From: a virus
Lineage: Duplodnaviria; Caudoviricetes
Reading direction: 5' to 3' (one strand)
Length of the DNA stretch: 64,000 nucleotides
IMG/VR virus record: IMGVR_UViG_3300028591_003923
Span: 65,515-129,514 of that record
The notes beneath the pieces were generated by a model. It was not told the DNA's origin. It worked only from the letters and a program-made list of their open reading frames with translations, and did not search any database. The position numbers and the translations under genes were made by a program. Shown here in pieces: positions 28,458 to 37,453 of the stretch (positions are counted from its first letter, which is position 1; the number at the start of each line of letters is the position of its first letter).

Positions 28458-28952
28458 TTATTTCTCCATCCATAAACCGTTTTTCTTTTCCCATATTATT
28501 TGATTAGAACTTCCACGTAGTTCAAGAGTTAAATCTTTGGCTGCTTCTACGAATGGTCCGTCAATTAATATGTCTATATCATTTAAAATTGATTGTATGT
28601 CTTTGTTCGTTTGTTGTAATAAGTCTTTCATTAAAAATCCTGTCCATAAATATATTTTAATATTTGGATAGGCGTGGCGTACGGTACTAACAACTTCTTG
28701 CGTCATCGGCAAGTTTGGTAAAGCTAGTGGCTCGCCGCCGAGTACACAGAAGTTACGTTTGACATTGTTGGCGGCAAGCAAACCTAGAATTTGCCATTTA
28801 ACGTCTGGCGTATATTCTATACCTTCATTAAAGTCCCAAGTTTCGGGGTTAAAGCATCCGGGACAACGATGTGGGCACCCCTGCACAAAGAAAGATACAC
28901 ATACCCCTTCACCGTTTGAAACGTCATTAGGAATTATTTGTGCATATCTCAT
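28458..28952 (-). CDS. nrdG: Anaerobic ribonucleotide reductase activase
   Basis: D..NGEG..VS.FVQGCPHRCPGCFN (CxxxCxxC), LGGEP, IDGPF, RGSSNQ. Confidence 0.95.
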   Translation of the reverse strand: MRYAQIIPNDVSNGEGVCVSFFVQGCPHRCPGCFNPETWDFNEGIEYTPDVKWQILGLLAANNVKRNFCVLGGEPLALPNLPMTQEVVSTVRHAYPNIKIYLWTGFLMKDLLQQTNKDIQSILNDIDILIDGPFVEAAKDLTLELRGSSNQIIWEKKNGLWMEK

Positions 28953-29535
28953 GGCTCTCCTCCTTTGTTAGTGATTCTATACACAAGGCGCCCAATGAAT
29001 TACCTACGACTACTAATATCCATTTGATGAGGTTAGCTAAATTGAAGTTAACCATAAGAAATGGAATATCTGCGATACAGTGTTCTGCACCTATTAAAAT
29101 GAATATTGCAACTGCAAGTACGGTAATCGGTACTTGTTTTATTTTTACTGCAATATGGATAAGTGCGCCACATAGGATTCCGCAGACTAGCATCTGTAGA
29201 TAAGTCTTTTCAAACTTGTGCATACTTATATTAGCCATTAATGTATGAAATGCTGGATTAGCGATTACATAACAGGCTATCGTCGTTAGCGCGCCTGCGA
29301 CGTTTGCTATCAACATTCCTGGGAAAGTAGCCGGGTCCTTCCAGAACCCGACTCTTCCTGTATATAATGGTAATTTTAACGCTATTATTGCCAGTAAACC
29401 AAAGCTAAAAAACAAAGCTCCTATTGTTGGGTTTGCAGTTATGGAATTAATAATAACTCCGAAACCGATTAACAGACCAGCCGCAAAAGCTGTTTTATAG
29501 TTTTTTACTGTGTTTAAATCTATCTTCCACTTCAT
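28927..29535 (-). CDS. Formate/nitrite transporter (FNT/FocA family) channel
   Basis: Six hydrophobic segments; AG..IG.G, FSFGL, LYTG (Omega-loop Thr), GILCG, EHCIAD (pore His), GNSLGA. Confidence 0.85.
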   Translation of the reverse strand: MKWKIDLNTVKNYKTAFAAGLLIGFGVIINSITANPTIGALFFSFGLLAIIALKLPLYTGRVGFWKDPATFPGMLIANVAGALTTIACYVIANPAFHTLMANISMHKFEKTYLQMLVCGILCGALIHIAVKIKQVPITVLAVAIFILIGAEHCIADIPFLMVNFNLANLIKWILVVVGNSLGALCIESLTKEESHEICTNNS

Positions 29536-31696
29536 GTTGTTTACCTATATTAAATGCTGTTTTATAATCTCCTGTTAAGTAACCTGTTACACGTCTAAGA
29601 CGTTGTATGTGTGTTGAACCGCACTCTGGACATTCGTTTCCAATTTCTCCAGTCCAGCCGCACTCAAGACAAGTGTCATTAGGAACATTAATAGCGAAAT
29701 ATGGAATGTCTTTATCCATCGCATATGATACTATTTGTTCTAATGCTTTAAGGTTTTTGAGTACTGCACCTTCAAGTTCAACATACGTAATACATCCTGC
29801 ACTTGAATAACCTGTAAGCTGTGATTCTATATCAATTTTATCAAACGGTGAAATCTCTTTCCAAACTGGTACGTGCATTGAGTTCGTAAAGTAATCTCTA
29901 TCACTAATGTTTGGAAGTTTTCCATAGTTGTCTTGGAATTTTTTCATCGCTGTATAACACAGGTTCTCAGCGGGTGTATAATATACTCCGAAATTTAACT
30001 TATATTCTTGTTTAAACTGCGCGCATCTGTCTTTGAATAATTGTTCAATGCGCTTAGCCAGTTCCATTCCCTTTTCTGTAGTGTGGTCACAGCCGATAAG
30101 AATTTGAAGACATTCTGCTAAACCAAGTTGACCAATTACAATTGTACCATGCTTCAAAGCAGAACGAATACCTTCTTCTGGAACATAACCAGCCATTGTA
30201 TTATTTTCATACATAAACTTTGCAGCTGATGGGTCTTGTGAGCATATATAATTGAAACGCTCAATAAGCATATCTTTTGCTTCGTGAATTTTCTCATCAA
30301 GCAAAGTCATAAAATCTTCTACATCACCAGCTTCCATTGCAAGTGTAGGAAGAATAATAGTTACTGGACATATGTTTCCGCGCCCGTCTTTGAGTTGACC
30401 TAAACCGTTTATATCGTAGCCGTTGGCTGTACGACAACCCATTGTAGAAAAATAAGTACGTGGGTCATTACGGTCATATCCTGCATTTCCTGACCAATCT
30501 ACATTTGCATAGTTTGGATAAAGTCTTTTAGCTGTTGATTCAAGCGCGAGTTGGAACAAATCATAGTTCGGATCGCCTTCTTCTCTGTTTACACCCTTCA
30601 TGCATTGGAAAATACCACAAGGGAAGATAGGTGTTTTATGAAGTTTTCCGACCCCTTTAATTGAACCTTGGAGAAGTCCTTTGATAATCATGCGGCCCTC
30701 TGGTAAGGTACATGTACCGTAATTAATTGAAGTAAATGGTAGCTGATTACCGCTACGTGATTGAAGAGTATTTAAGTTGTGATACATACCTTCAATAGCT
30801 TGATTGGCTTCGCGCTCTGTCATTTCCATTGCATAGTCATAAGCCTTATCATCACTGTATATTTTACGGTCATCAATTGATACTTCTGTTGGGTCTGCAA
30901 TATTTATTGTAATGTTGTTGTCTACAAAATCTTTTACATAACGTGAAACAAAGATAAGTCCATCTTTGTAGTGCTTGTAAAATGATTTTCTTACGTATGG
31001 AACCATTGTCCAATCAAGGTGTGATGCGCTTACTCCTCCAAACTGTTGAAGTGATTGAAGTTGGAATAATACAGCAATTAATTGGAAAGCTGTGTTAATT
31101 GAATTGGCTGGACGTACATCTGTTTGTCTTGTGTTAAATCCTTTGGCAAGTAAATCGTCAAATGGAACTGTTAAGCAGTTGTGCATACCAAGCGCATAAG
31201 AATCAAGGTCGTGGATATATATCTCATTATTGAGGTGATTATCACGAGCCATTTTACTCATAAGGTTGTCCAATGCGTACTGCTTAAAGATAACCGAATC
31301 GGCTTCACCTCTACGGCCGCCGAATGAGTATTCGTCTACGTTGGCATTTTGATTCTGAACGTCTGATGCGGCCAGTTTAATGGCTACATTGTCCATCATC
31401 TTATTGTTCCAGCTTCTTATTCTACTTCTTTCATCACGATACGTAATGTAACGTCTTGCAACGTCTTTTCTTTTAGTGGACATAAGTCCTTTTTCTACTA
31501 AGTCTTGAATTTCTTCAACAGTAAGTATAGTATCATAACTTTTTTCTTCAATAAAAGAAGCAATCTTATTCGCTTTTTCTTCTGCATAAGGCGTAACCTC
31601 GCCGTCTACATCAATAAAAGCCTTAACGATTGCCTGAATAATTTTCTTTCTGTTGAATTCTACTAAACGTCCGTCTCTTTTTTTAATGTACTGCAT
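29495..31696 (-). CDS. nrdD: Class III anaerobic ribonucleoside-triphosphate reductase
   Basis: N-terminal ATP cone (KKRDGR), YIHDLD, NC, MGCR, TPAE, Zn site CxxC..CxxC, glycyl radical motif RVTGYL. Confidence 0.96.
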   Translation of the reverse strand: MQYIKKRDGRLVEFNRKKIIQAIVKAFIDVDGEVTPYAEEKANKIASFIEEKSYDTILTVEEIQDLVEKGLMSTKRKDVARRYITYRDERSRIRSWNNKMMDNVAIKLAASDVQNQNANVDEYSFGGRRGEADSVIFKQYALDNLMSKMARDNHLNNEIYIHDLDSYALGMHNCLTVPFDDLLAKGFNTRQTDVRPANSINTAFQLIAVLFQLQSLQQFGGVSASHLDWTMVPYVRKSFYKHYKDGLIFVSRYVKDFVDNNITINIADPTEVSIDDRKIYSDDKAYDYAMEMTEREANQAIEGMYHNLNTLQSRSGNQLPFTSINYGTCTLPEGRMIIKGLLQGSIKGVGKLHKTPIFPCGIFQCMKGVNREEGDPNYDLFQLALESTAKRLYPNYANVDWSGNAGYDRNDPRTYFSTMGCRTANGYDINGLGQLKDGRGNICPVTIILPTLAMEAGDVEDFMTLLDEKIHEAKDMLIERFNYICSQDPSAAKFMYENNTMAGYVPEEGIRSALKHGTIVIGQLGLAECLQILIGCDHTTEKGMELAKRIEQLFKDRCAQFKQEYKLNFGVYYTPAENLCYTAMKKFQDNYGKLPNISDRDYFTNSMHVPVWKEISPFDKIDIESQLTGYSSAGCITYVELEGAVLKNLKALEQIVSYAMDKDIPYFAINVPNDTCLECGWTGEIGNECPECGSTHIQRLRRVTGYLTGDYKTAFNIGKQHEVEDRFKHSKKL

Positions 31697-31718
31697 AAGC
31701 TGCCTCCTAGTTATTTAA

Positions 31719-31919
31719 TTATTTTAAGGATGTTTCGGCTTTTCCGCAATAAATGCACTCTCCTTTACGAAATACGTGTGGGCATTGCGCCTGTATTTCT
31801 TCATTCTCCTCAATATACTTTTGCACTTCTGGTTGCAAAATGAATACCGAGGGGTCTAATAACTCTTTGATTTTGTTGTTATTGTACAAAATCTTCTGTC
31901 TAATTTCATCAGTAGTCAT
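31719..31919 (-). CDS. Small hypothetical protein with C-terminal Cys/His cluster
   Basis: CPH....CIYC; ATGA overlap with upstream gene. Confidence 0.55.
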   Translation of the reverse strand: MTTDEIRQKILYNNNKIKELLDPSVFILQPEVQKYIEENEEIQAQCPHVFRKGECIYCGKAETSLK

Positions 31920-33034
31920 TTTTTCTCTCCAGTATACTCATAAAATTTTTTAAACAAATCGTAGTTGTTTTCGCGTACGAATTGAAATACTTCACTGACC
32001 TGTTCTCTAGGCCAGCCTTGCTTATATATGTCGTATATGTTTACTTGGTTACGCATATATGAATAGAAACTTTCGTACGGAAGAACACGAATACGATAGT
32101 CTTTTGAACGTAATTTTTCTTTGATATAGTTTGCAAAAGTTTGAAAGTATTCCATTAATTGTAGCCATCTATAATCTACGAAAAAGTCCCTATCATATAT
32201 AAGTGGAAGATATATGTAGTGCATACGTAAATCTAAGATTAAATCAAATAGAGTAGATATATCTGTAGTAATGAATTTTTCGTAAGTTGTACCCGCAGTT
32301 ACATTAATGGTTGATTGTTCGTAAGCTGTAGAATGAAAACTTGTTTCAACAAATTCTTTTACTTCGTCTAAGGTTGGCAAACCGTTATATTGAAGTGAAT
32401 AGAATTGATTTAACGGTTGTACTTTTAACCAGGCTATATGTTCTTGTGAGTCTGTTGTGATAACTGGAAATTTCATACCTATACGGCGGCCGTTCGGATA
32501 ATTTGTGATTTCGGGAAGTAAATCTGTAATGAACTCCCGCGCGCCTTGTACGTTGCCCAGGTTATAGTCGTAACAGATTAAACCGAAGGTATTGGGTGCA
32601 TGACGCAATTGCTTTTCAAAGTCAGACCAAATTGTTTTTCCGTCTAATGATAAACGCACATGTTCTGCGCGCCGTAGAATACTGAAACTTGAACGTATAT
32701 GGTCCGGAATTTTGAATTCATAATCTACTCTATCATATAGAGACACATCTGGTGGCGTACCTTCTATATCTAATGGTAAAGGTTTATAAGCCTTTCCATC
32801 AAAGACGCGACCACCAAACGTTATCTCATTTATATCAGTTGGAATAGTGTCTAATTCGTGAGGATAATCCTGGCGAATTATAAAGTGGGAATATTTTTGT
32901 GGGGATAAAGTGGGTGATAAACTGACTATTTGTCTTTTACGTTTATAATAAGAAGAGAGTTTCATTAGTTCTAAGTTATAGAATGGGACCCGCGCATAAT
33001 ACGACAGGTCCGCATCGTATAATCCATAACTCAT
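31916..33034 (-). CDS. Degenerate radical-SAM-like phage protein lacking CxxxCxxC
   Basis: GLYDAD...NLELMKLSSYYK, GG, LP.DIE..PD.SLY resemble phage radical SAM proteins; no Fe-S Cys triad. Confidence 0.45.
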   Translation of the reverse strand: MSYGLYDADLSYYARVPFYNLELMKLSSYYKRKRQIVSLSPTLSPQKYSHFIIRQDYPHELDTIPTDINEITFGGRVFDGKAYKPLPLDIEGTPPDVSLYDRVDYEFKIPDHIRSSFSILRRAEHVRLSLDGKTIWSDFEKQLRHAPNTFGLICYDYNLGNVQGAREFITDLLPEITNYPNGRRIGMKFPVITTDSQEHIAWLKVQPLNQFYSLQYNGLPTLDEVKEFVETSFHSTAYEQSTINVTAGTTYEKFITTDISTLFDLILDLRMHYIYLPLIYDRDFFVDYRWLQLMEYFQTFANYIKEKLRSKDYRIRVLPYESFYSYMRNQVNIYDIYKQGWPREQVSEVFQFVRENNYDLFKKFYEYTGEKK

Positions 33035-36000
33035 TCTTCTATACGCTCTTGCTGAGTTTGAATATATCCATTCTCATCTACGTCGGTTATTAACTCAACC
33101 AAATGATATGGAGTATTCTTATACTTCTTACCAACAAAAGTTCCTTCTCTTCTTATACCCGTGACAATAATTTTGTTCCCACGACTAAACCAACTTTTTT
33201 CTGTGACATGTTTTTTACCATCCGCGCCACGTTCGGATAGTTGTTTATCATAATGAGTAAATGCATCACCAAAAATCTTAACTGGAACTACCGTGAAATC
33301 TGGAGTTAATATTGTTACAGTTTTCTTTCCTTTATCTTTATCTAAAACTGTTCCTATAATACGGAAAATTCTAAATAAAGGAATCTTCTGACCAGTTTGT
33401 TTTGACTGGAACTCATAACTTACTACGGGTTCATCGGATAATTGTGAATAATTTACGAATCCGTATGTTATATTACGAACCTTTGACAATTCATGCTCGT
33501 GAATATAACACGATATTGAATCCATTTCCCACTTACTTATGTTTCCTTCACAATATTTATCCCATAAGTCTTGGCGCAATTTATTATTAACGGAATTTAA
33601 TAATTCCTCATTATGGTCTTTAATAAATGGACGTATAATATCCATTTGAGATTTATATATTTTATCCCATATTAATTGTTTAATTACGAAGTTATTGTTA
33701 TTGGGTTCAAGAAAATCCACATCAAAATGCTGACTATAAAAATCAAAAGCGATTCTATCAACCTCATAATAATTACCCTTCTTAAACTTCTTTAAATATT
33801 TATTAAAGTTATAAACCTTACATTGAAAATCGTATTTGTCTGGAATAAGTCCAAAATCAATTAACATTTTCATATTCTGTAAAGTTATACGCTGTTTTTT
33901 ATCTGCTATTAAATCAATATAACCGTTCATGGCGGCCAGTCGGTCGTTGTTATAAAGTTTATCAAATGCTCCTGACTTAATCAAATTAATCATTTGAGGT
34001 TTATTAACTTTTACTTTTTCAATAAAATCTTTTATTCCACTAAACGGTCTATTATCCATTATCTCCTGGATTAAATCATCACCTATTCTCGTGATGCCGC
34101 TGAGTCCATAGATAATTAAATTATCTTCTACATCTGGCGCGAACGTATAAGATGATTTATTTATATCCGTTGCAACAATTTCAATTCCACGATTTTTCAT
34201 TTTACCAATCGCTGTTGCAATTTTACCATAGTTTGCTGTTTTATTTTTCTTTTTCTTTTTGTCTGTCTGTTCTTCTGCTTCTTCATCTTCTGTTTCTTCT
34301 TCTGAATCTGTAAATTCTTCAAATTCGTCATAACAAGTTACTTCATTTGGTTCTTCTTCATCATCTTCAATTTCTTCTGCGTTGCCGCCACTATCGGTTA
34401 TTAGACACGCACAATCCCATAAGATTATCGGATATTTAAATGCTAAATTCAATTCTTGAAGTCCAATTAATGAATAAGCCAACGTATGAGACAAGTTAAA
34501 TCCATAACCTTTACTCATCGCTATGAGAACGTTCCAGACATACGTACACAGCGCGCGGTCGCATCCACGTTTTTCTATTTCTTCAAAATATTCTTTCGTC
34601 AGTTTATCATATTCAGCTGGATTCTTTTTTGCAATTGACTTTCTCAACTTATCTGCCCATGTTAGGTTAAATCCACCTAACTCTGGTAACTGAACCAGCT
34701 GCATAAACTGTTCTTGCGTAATACACAGTCCATATGAAATGTTTACTACAGGTTCAAGAATCTTTTTCGCCTCCGCGCCAAGTCCGTACTGACGTAACTC
34801 ATTATCCCAATCTGATGGATGCTTTTTAAAACGTGCGAGCTTGTTTACTGGAATCTCTCCGCCTTTTTCTGTCGCCATAAGACGAATTGCTGAGTTAAGA
34901 ATTGCTAAGTCATCCACTGAAGTTGGTTTCATAACTGCAATTCCTTGAACTCCACTTTGTTTTTCCATTTGGAATAAACTCATTACTTCGTGATTCCAAC
35001 ACATTTCCCACATTCGTTTATCATCACGTTCCAAATTGTATATACCTACGATTTTTTCGTAAGTTTCTCTTAATGTGTTTTCCCTTTTTTCATATCCATA
35101 ATCGCAAATCAAATCAATACAATTATGAATTTTATCTAACGCTTCAATTGATAAGATATCGTATTTAATTAACCCTGTATCTTCCGCATCATGGAGGTCA
35201 AACTGAGTCATTGTTTCTCCACTTGGCGCCCGCATCAATGCTGTTGTATTTGTGAATGGTTCATCAACAAATATAACTCCGCCCGCATGAATTCCACATC
35301 CGTTAATAAGTCCCTCAATTCCTTGAGCTACTTCCCACAGTTCTGGATAATTCTCTTCCATTTCATAACGGAATTGCTTACTTGCGCTTATTCCATTATC
35401 TGGGTCACCATAGAATGTTTGTTTTAAACTTCTAAGTTGTCCTCTGTCTGCTTCAATAAATGAAGAAAGATATTGTGCTGTATCAACATCTATTCCTAAA
35501 CCTCTTGCTGCTGTAAGAATTGCCGACTTAGATTTTTCTGTTTTCAACGTCAATACATTCGCAACCCTATCTGTTCCATAAATATTACGGAAGTTTTTCA
35601 ATACTGCGGCCCTACGGTCGCCTTCTATATCTATATCTACATCAAGAACCGATACACGTTCTGGATTCAAGAATCTCCATCTAAATGTTGGAGCCTTTTC
35701 TTTTAATGGATTAATCTGCGTTATACCTAAAATGTAAAGTAGAATAAAACCTACACCGGAACCTCTTCCCGCTCCAACTAAAGTTCCTGCATCCCAACAC
35801 GCATCTATTATATTTTGAAGATTTAAGAAATATGCGCTCCATCTACTTCCATTTACCTCACTACTAACCCATGTATCTTCAAGACACGCATTGATTTCAT
35901 TTAATGTACGTTCATCCTGAAGTTCGGGGTCGCGCCTTAAACGGTCAATAATTGCATAAATCAAATGTCTATCTTCTGAATATTCAGAATCAAGAAACTT

Positions 36001-37008
36001 ATTTACATATGGAATTTTACTTCTCCAATATGTCTTTTCTTCTTCTGAAATGTCATATAACTTCCAATTCAGTCTTGGAATTTTTAACGGTTTCATTAAC
36101 GAATAATCTTCACATTTATCTTTTATTTCTAAAATTGTCTGATAAGCTGACTGAAGAACTTCTTCACCCATTTCTTCTTCCATAAAGCTACGAATTTCTT
36201 CATCACTCATAAGATAAGTTGTTGCATAGAAATCATCTACTTCTCTATCACCTTGCTGTGAATTGAGAAACGCCTTATGAATTGGTCTATCTTCTTTTTT
36301 CTGATAATGAGCATCATTCGTTATAATGTACTTAATTCCGTACTTTGCGCCCAGCTCAACCAATTTATGATTCACATATATCTGGTCTTTGTTTTTTGAT
36401 GGTTGCATTTCAAAATAGAAATCGTTCTTACCAAATATCTGTTGCATCTGTAATATCCAACGCTCAATTAAATCCATTGAAGGCGCGCCAGTGTCTCTAT
36501 TACGAATGAGCTGAGTCGGAAGGCATCCACCAAGACATGCTGTTGAACCAATTACATGACCTGGATTTTTACCTATTATATCAATTAAATCTTGATAATA
36601 AGTTGGAACTCGCCGCATACGACGTGCGACATAACTTCTCATCCATGCACGAGTTGATATTTCACGAATTTGTCTGTGTCCCTCGGCGTCTTTCGCCAAG
36701 AGAATGAAATGGAAATATCTGTCCACATCTTTATTAAAGTTATCTGAATTAAGTCCATTCCTTACTAAATAAATCTCATTACCGAGAATTAATTTAAAGT
36801 TTGGATTATCCTTTTTTATTTTGTTATAATATTTTTCTGCTCTAATCGCGCTCGCTATTGTATCATGTTCAGTAATCGCTACTAATTCATGACCAAGTTC
36901 TAGTGCATAATCAATAAGTCCTTCTACTGTATTTATTGCATCTCTAAGACGAAAATTTGAGAAGTCAGTGTGATTATGTAATGAGCCTGGGTATTGTAAT
37001 TTATCCAT
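33031..37008 (-). CDS. dnaE: DNA polymerase III alpha subunit (family C)
   Basis: PHP domain (LHNHTDFS, AITEH, TNDAHY), GRGSG, RFLNPER..DVDID, HAGGV, KYD.L, YGFN.SH. Confidence 0.95.
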   Translation of the reverse strand: MDKLQYPGSLHNHTDFSNFRLRDAINTVEGLIDYALELGHELVAITEHDTIASAIRAEKYYNKIKKDNPNFKLILGNEIYLVRNGLNSDNFNKDVDRYFHFILLAKDAEGHRQIREISTRAWMRSYVARRMRRVPTYYQDLIDIIGKNPGHVIGSTACLGGCLPTQLIRNRDTGAPSMDLIERWILQMQQIFGKNDFYFEMQPSKNKDQIYVNHKLVELGAKYGIKYIITNDAHYQKKEDRPIHKAFLNSQQGDREVDDFYATTYLMSDEEIRSFMEEEMGEEVLQSAYQTILEIKDKCEDYSLMKPLKIPRLNWKLYDISEEEKTYWRSKIPYVNKFLDSEYSEDRHLIYAIIDRLRRDPELQDERTLNEINACLEDTWVSSEVNGSRWSAYFLNLQNIIDACWDAGTLVGAGRGSGVGFILLYILGITQINPLKEKAPTFRWRFLNPERVSVLDVDIDIEGDRRAAVLKNFRNIYGTDRVANVLTLKTEKSKSAILTAARGLGIDVDTAQYLSSFIEADRGQLRSLKQTFYGDPDNGISASKQFRYEMEENYPELWEVAQGIEGLINGCGIHAGGVIFVDEPFTNTTALMRAPSGETMTQFDLHDAEDTGLIKYDILSIEALDKIHNCIDLICDYGYEKRENTLRETYEKIVGIYNLERDDKRMWEMCWNHEVMSLFQMEKQSGVQGIAVMKPTSVDDLAILNSAIRLMATEKGGEIPVNKLARFKKHPSDWDNELRQYGLGAEAKKILEPVVNISYGLCITQEQFMQLVQLPELGGFNLTWADKLRKSIAKKNPAEYDKLTKEYFEEIEKRGCDRALCTYVWNVLIAMSKGYGFNLSHTLAYSLIGLQELNLAFKYPIILWDCACLITDSGGNAEEIEDDEEEPNEVTCYDEFEEFTDSEEETEDEEAEEQTDKKKKKNKTANYGKIATAIGKMKNRGIEIVATDINKSSYTFAPDVEDNLIIYGLSGITRIGDDLIQEIMDNRPFSGIKDFIEKVKVNKPQMINLIKSGAFDKLYNNDRLAAMNGYIDLIADKKQRITLQNMKMLIDFGLIPDKYDFQCKVYNFNKYLKKFKKGNYYEVDRIAFDFYSQHFDVDFLEPNNNNFVIKQLIWDKIYKSQMDIIRPFIKDHNEELLNSVNNKLRQDLWDKYCEGNISKWEMDSISCYIHEHELSKVRNITYGFVNYSQLSDEPVVSYEFQSKQTGQKIPLFRIFRIIGTVLDKDKGKKTVTILTPDFTVVPVKIFGDAFTHYDKQLSERGADGKKHVTEKSWFSRGNKIIVTGIRREGTFVGKKYKNTPYHLVELITDVDENGYIQTQQERIEE

Positions 37009-37041
37009 TCACGTTACCTCTCTTTTATCTTTTCTATGTAT

Positions 37042-37070
37042 ATTATAGCAGAATTTTATTAAAATGTCAA
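37042..37070 (-). promoter_or_regulatory. SigmaA-type promoter for dnaE operon
   Basis: TTGACA-17-TATAAT with extended TG, followed by ATACATAGAAAA. Confidence 0.85.
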
Positions 37071-37071
37071 A

Positions 37072-37272
37072 TTAATCAAAGGCATAGTCGTGCCAATCAC
37101 AATTTAAACATCTATATTCATACTGAGGTGGATAAGAAGTAAGTACTTCTGTCATATTTTTATATAATGGTTGTCCGCATTTAGGACATTTAATATTTTT
37201 CTTTTCCCATTGTATGTATCCTGTAGTAACTTGTTTAATAGTTTGTTCTTTAAAATATTCCCATTCTAACAT
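37072..37272 (-). CDS. Small zinc-ribbon protein
   Basis: CPKC...LTSYPPQY.Y.C..C. Confidence 0.65.
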   Translation of the reverse strand: MLEWEYFKEQTIKQVTTGYIQWEKKNIKCPKCGQPLYKNMTEVLTSYPPQYEYRCLNCDWHDYAFD

Positions 37273-37451
37273 TAATTATTCTCCTTTGATTTAAATTTGT
37301 GTTCGCATAAGGTATTAATTAAGGTATCTGATTCACACCAATCATGCGCGAATGGACAATCATATATTGGACTGCCATCATCATATTTTAATAATGTTTT
37401 TTGATAATTTATACAATCATTACAAGTAATTACTTTAGTACTTTTAATCAT
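37272..37451 (-). CDS. Small Cys-rich hypothetical protein (59 aa, not in ORF track)
   Basis: MIKSTKVITCNDC...; fills the gap and has a TAATG overlap with the next gene. Confidence 0.55.
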   Translation of the reverse strand: MIKSTKVITCNDCINYQKTLLKYDDGSPIYDCPFAHDWCESDTLINTLCEHKFKSKENN

Positions 37452-37453
37452 AT

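Noticed and set aside
26092-29535. Host chromosomal DNA (prophage boundary or chimera) explaining the surface protein and FNT genes
   Set aside because: Both genes overlap or are coupled to flanking phage genes and lie mid-operon, with no att site or integrase nearby.
34245-34385. Possible intein or insertion element in dnaE
   Set aside because: It is a short acidic then Lys-rich low-complexity loop with no C...HN splice motifs or endonuclease domain. terL, nrdD, dnaB and gyrA/B also look uninterrupted.
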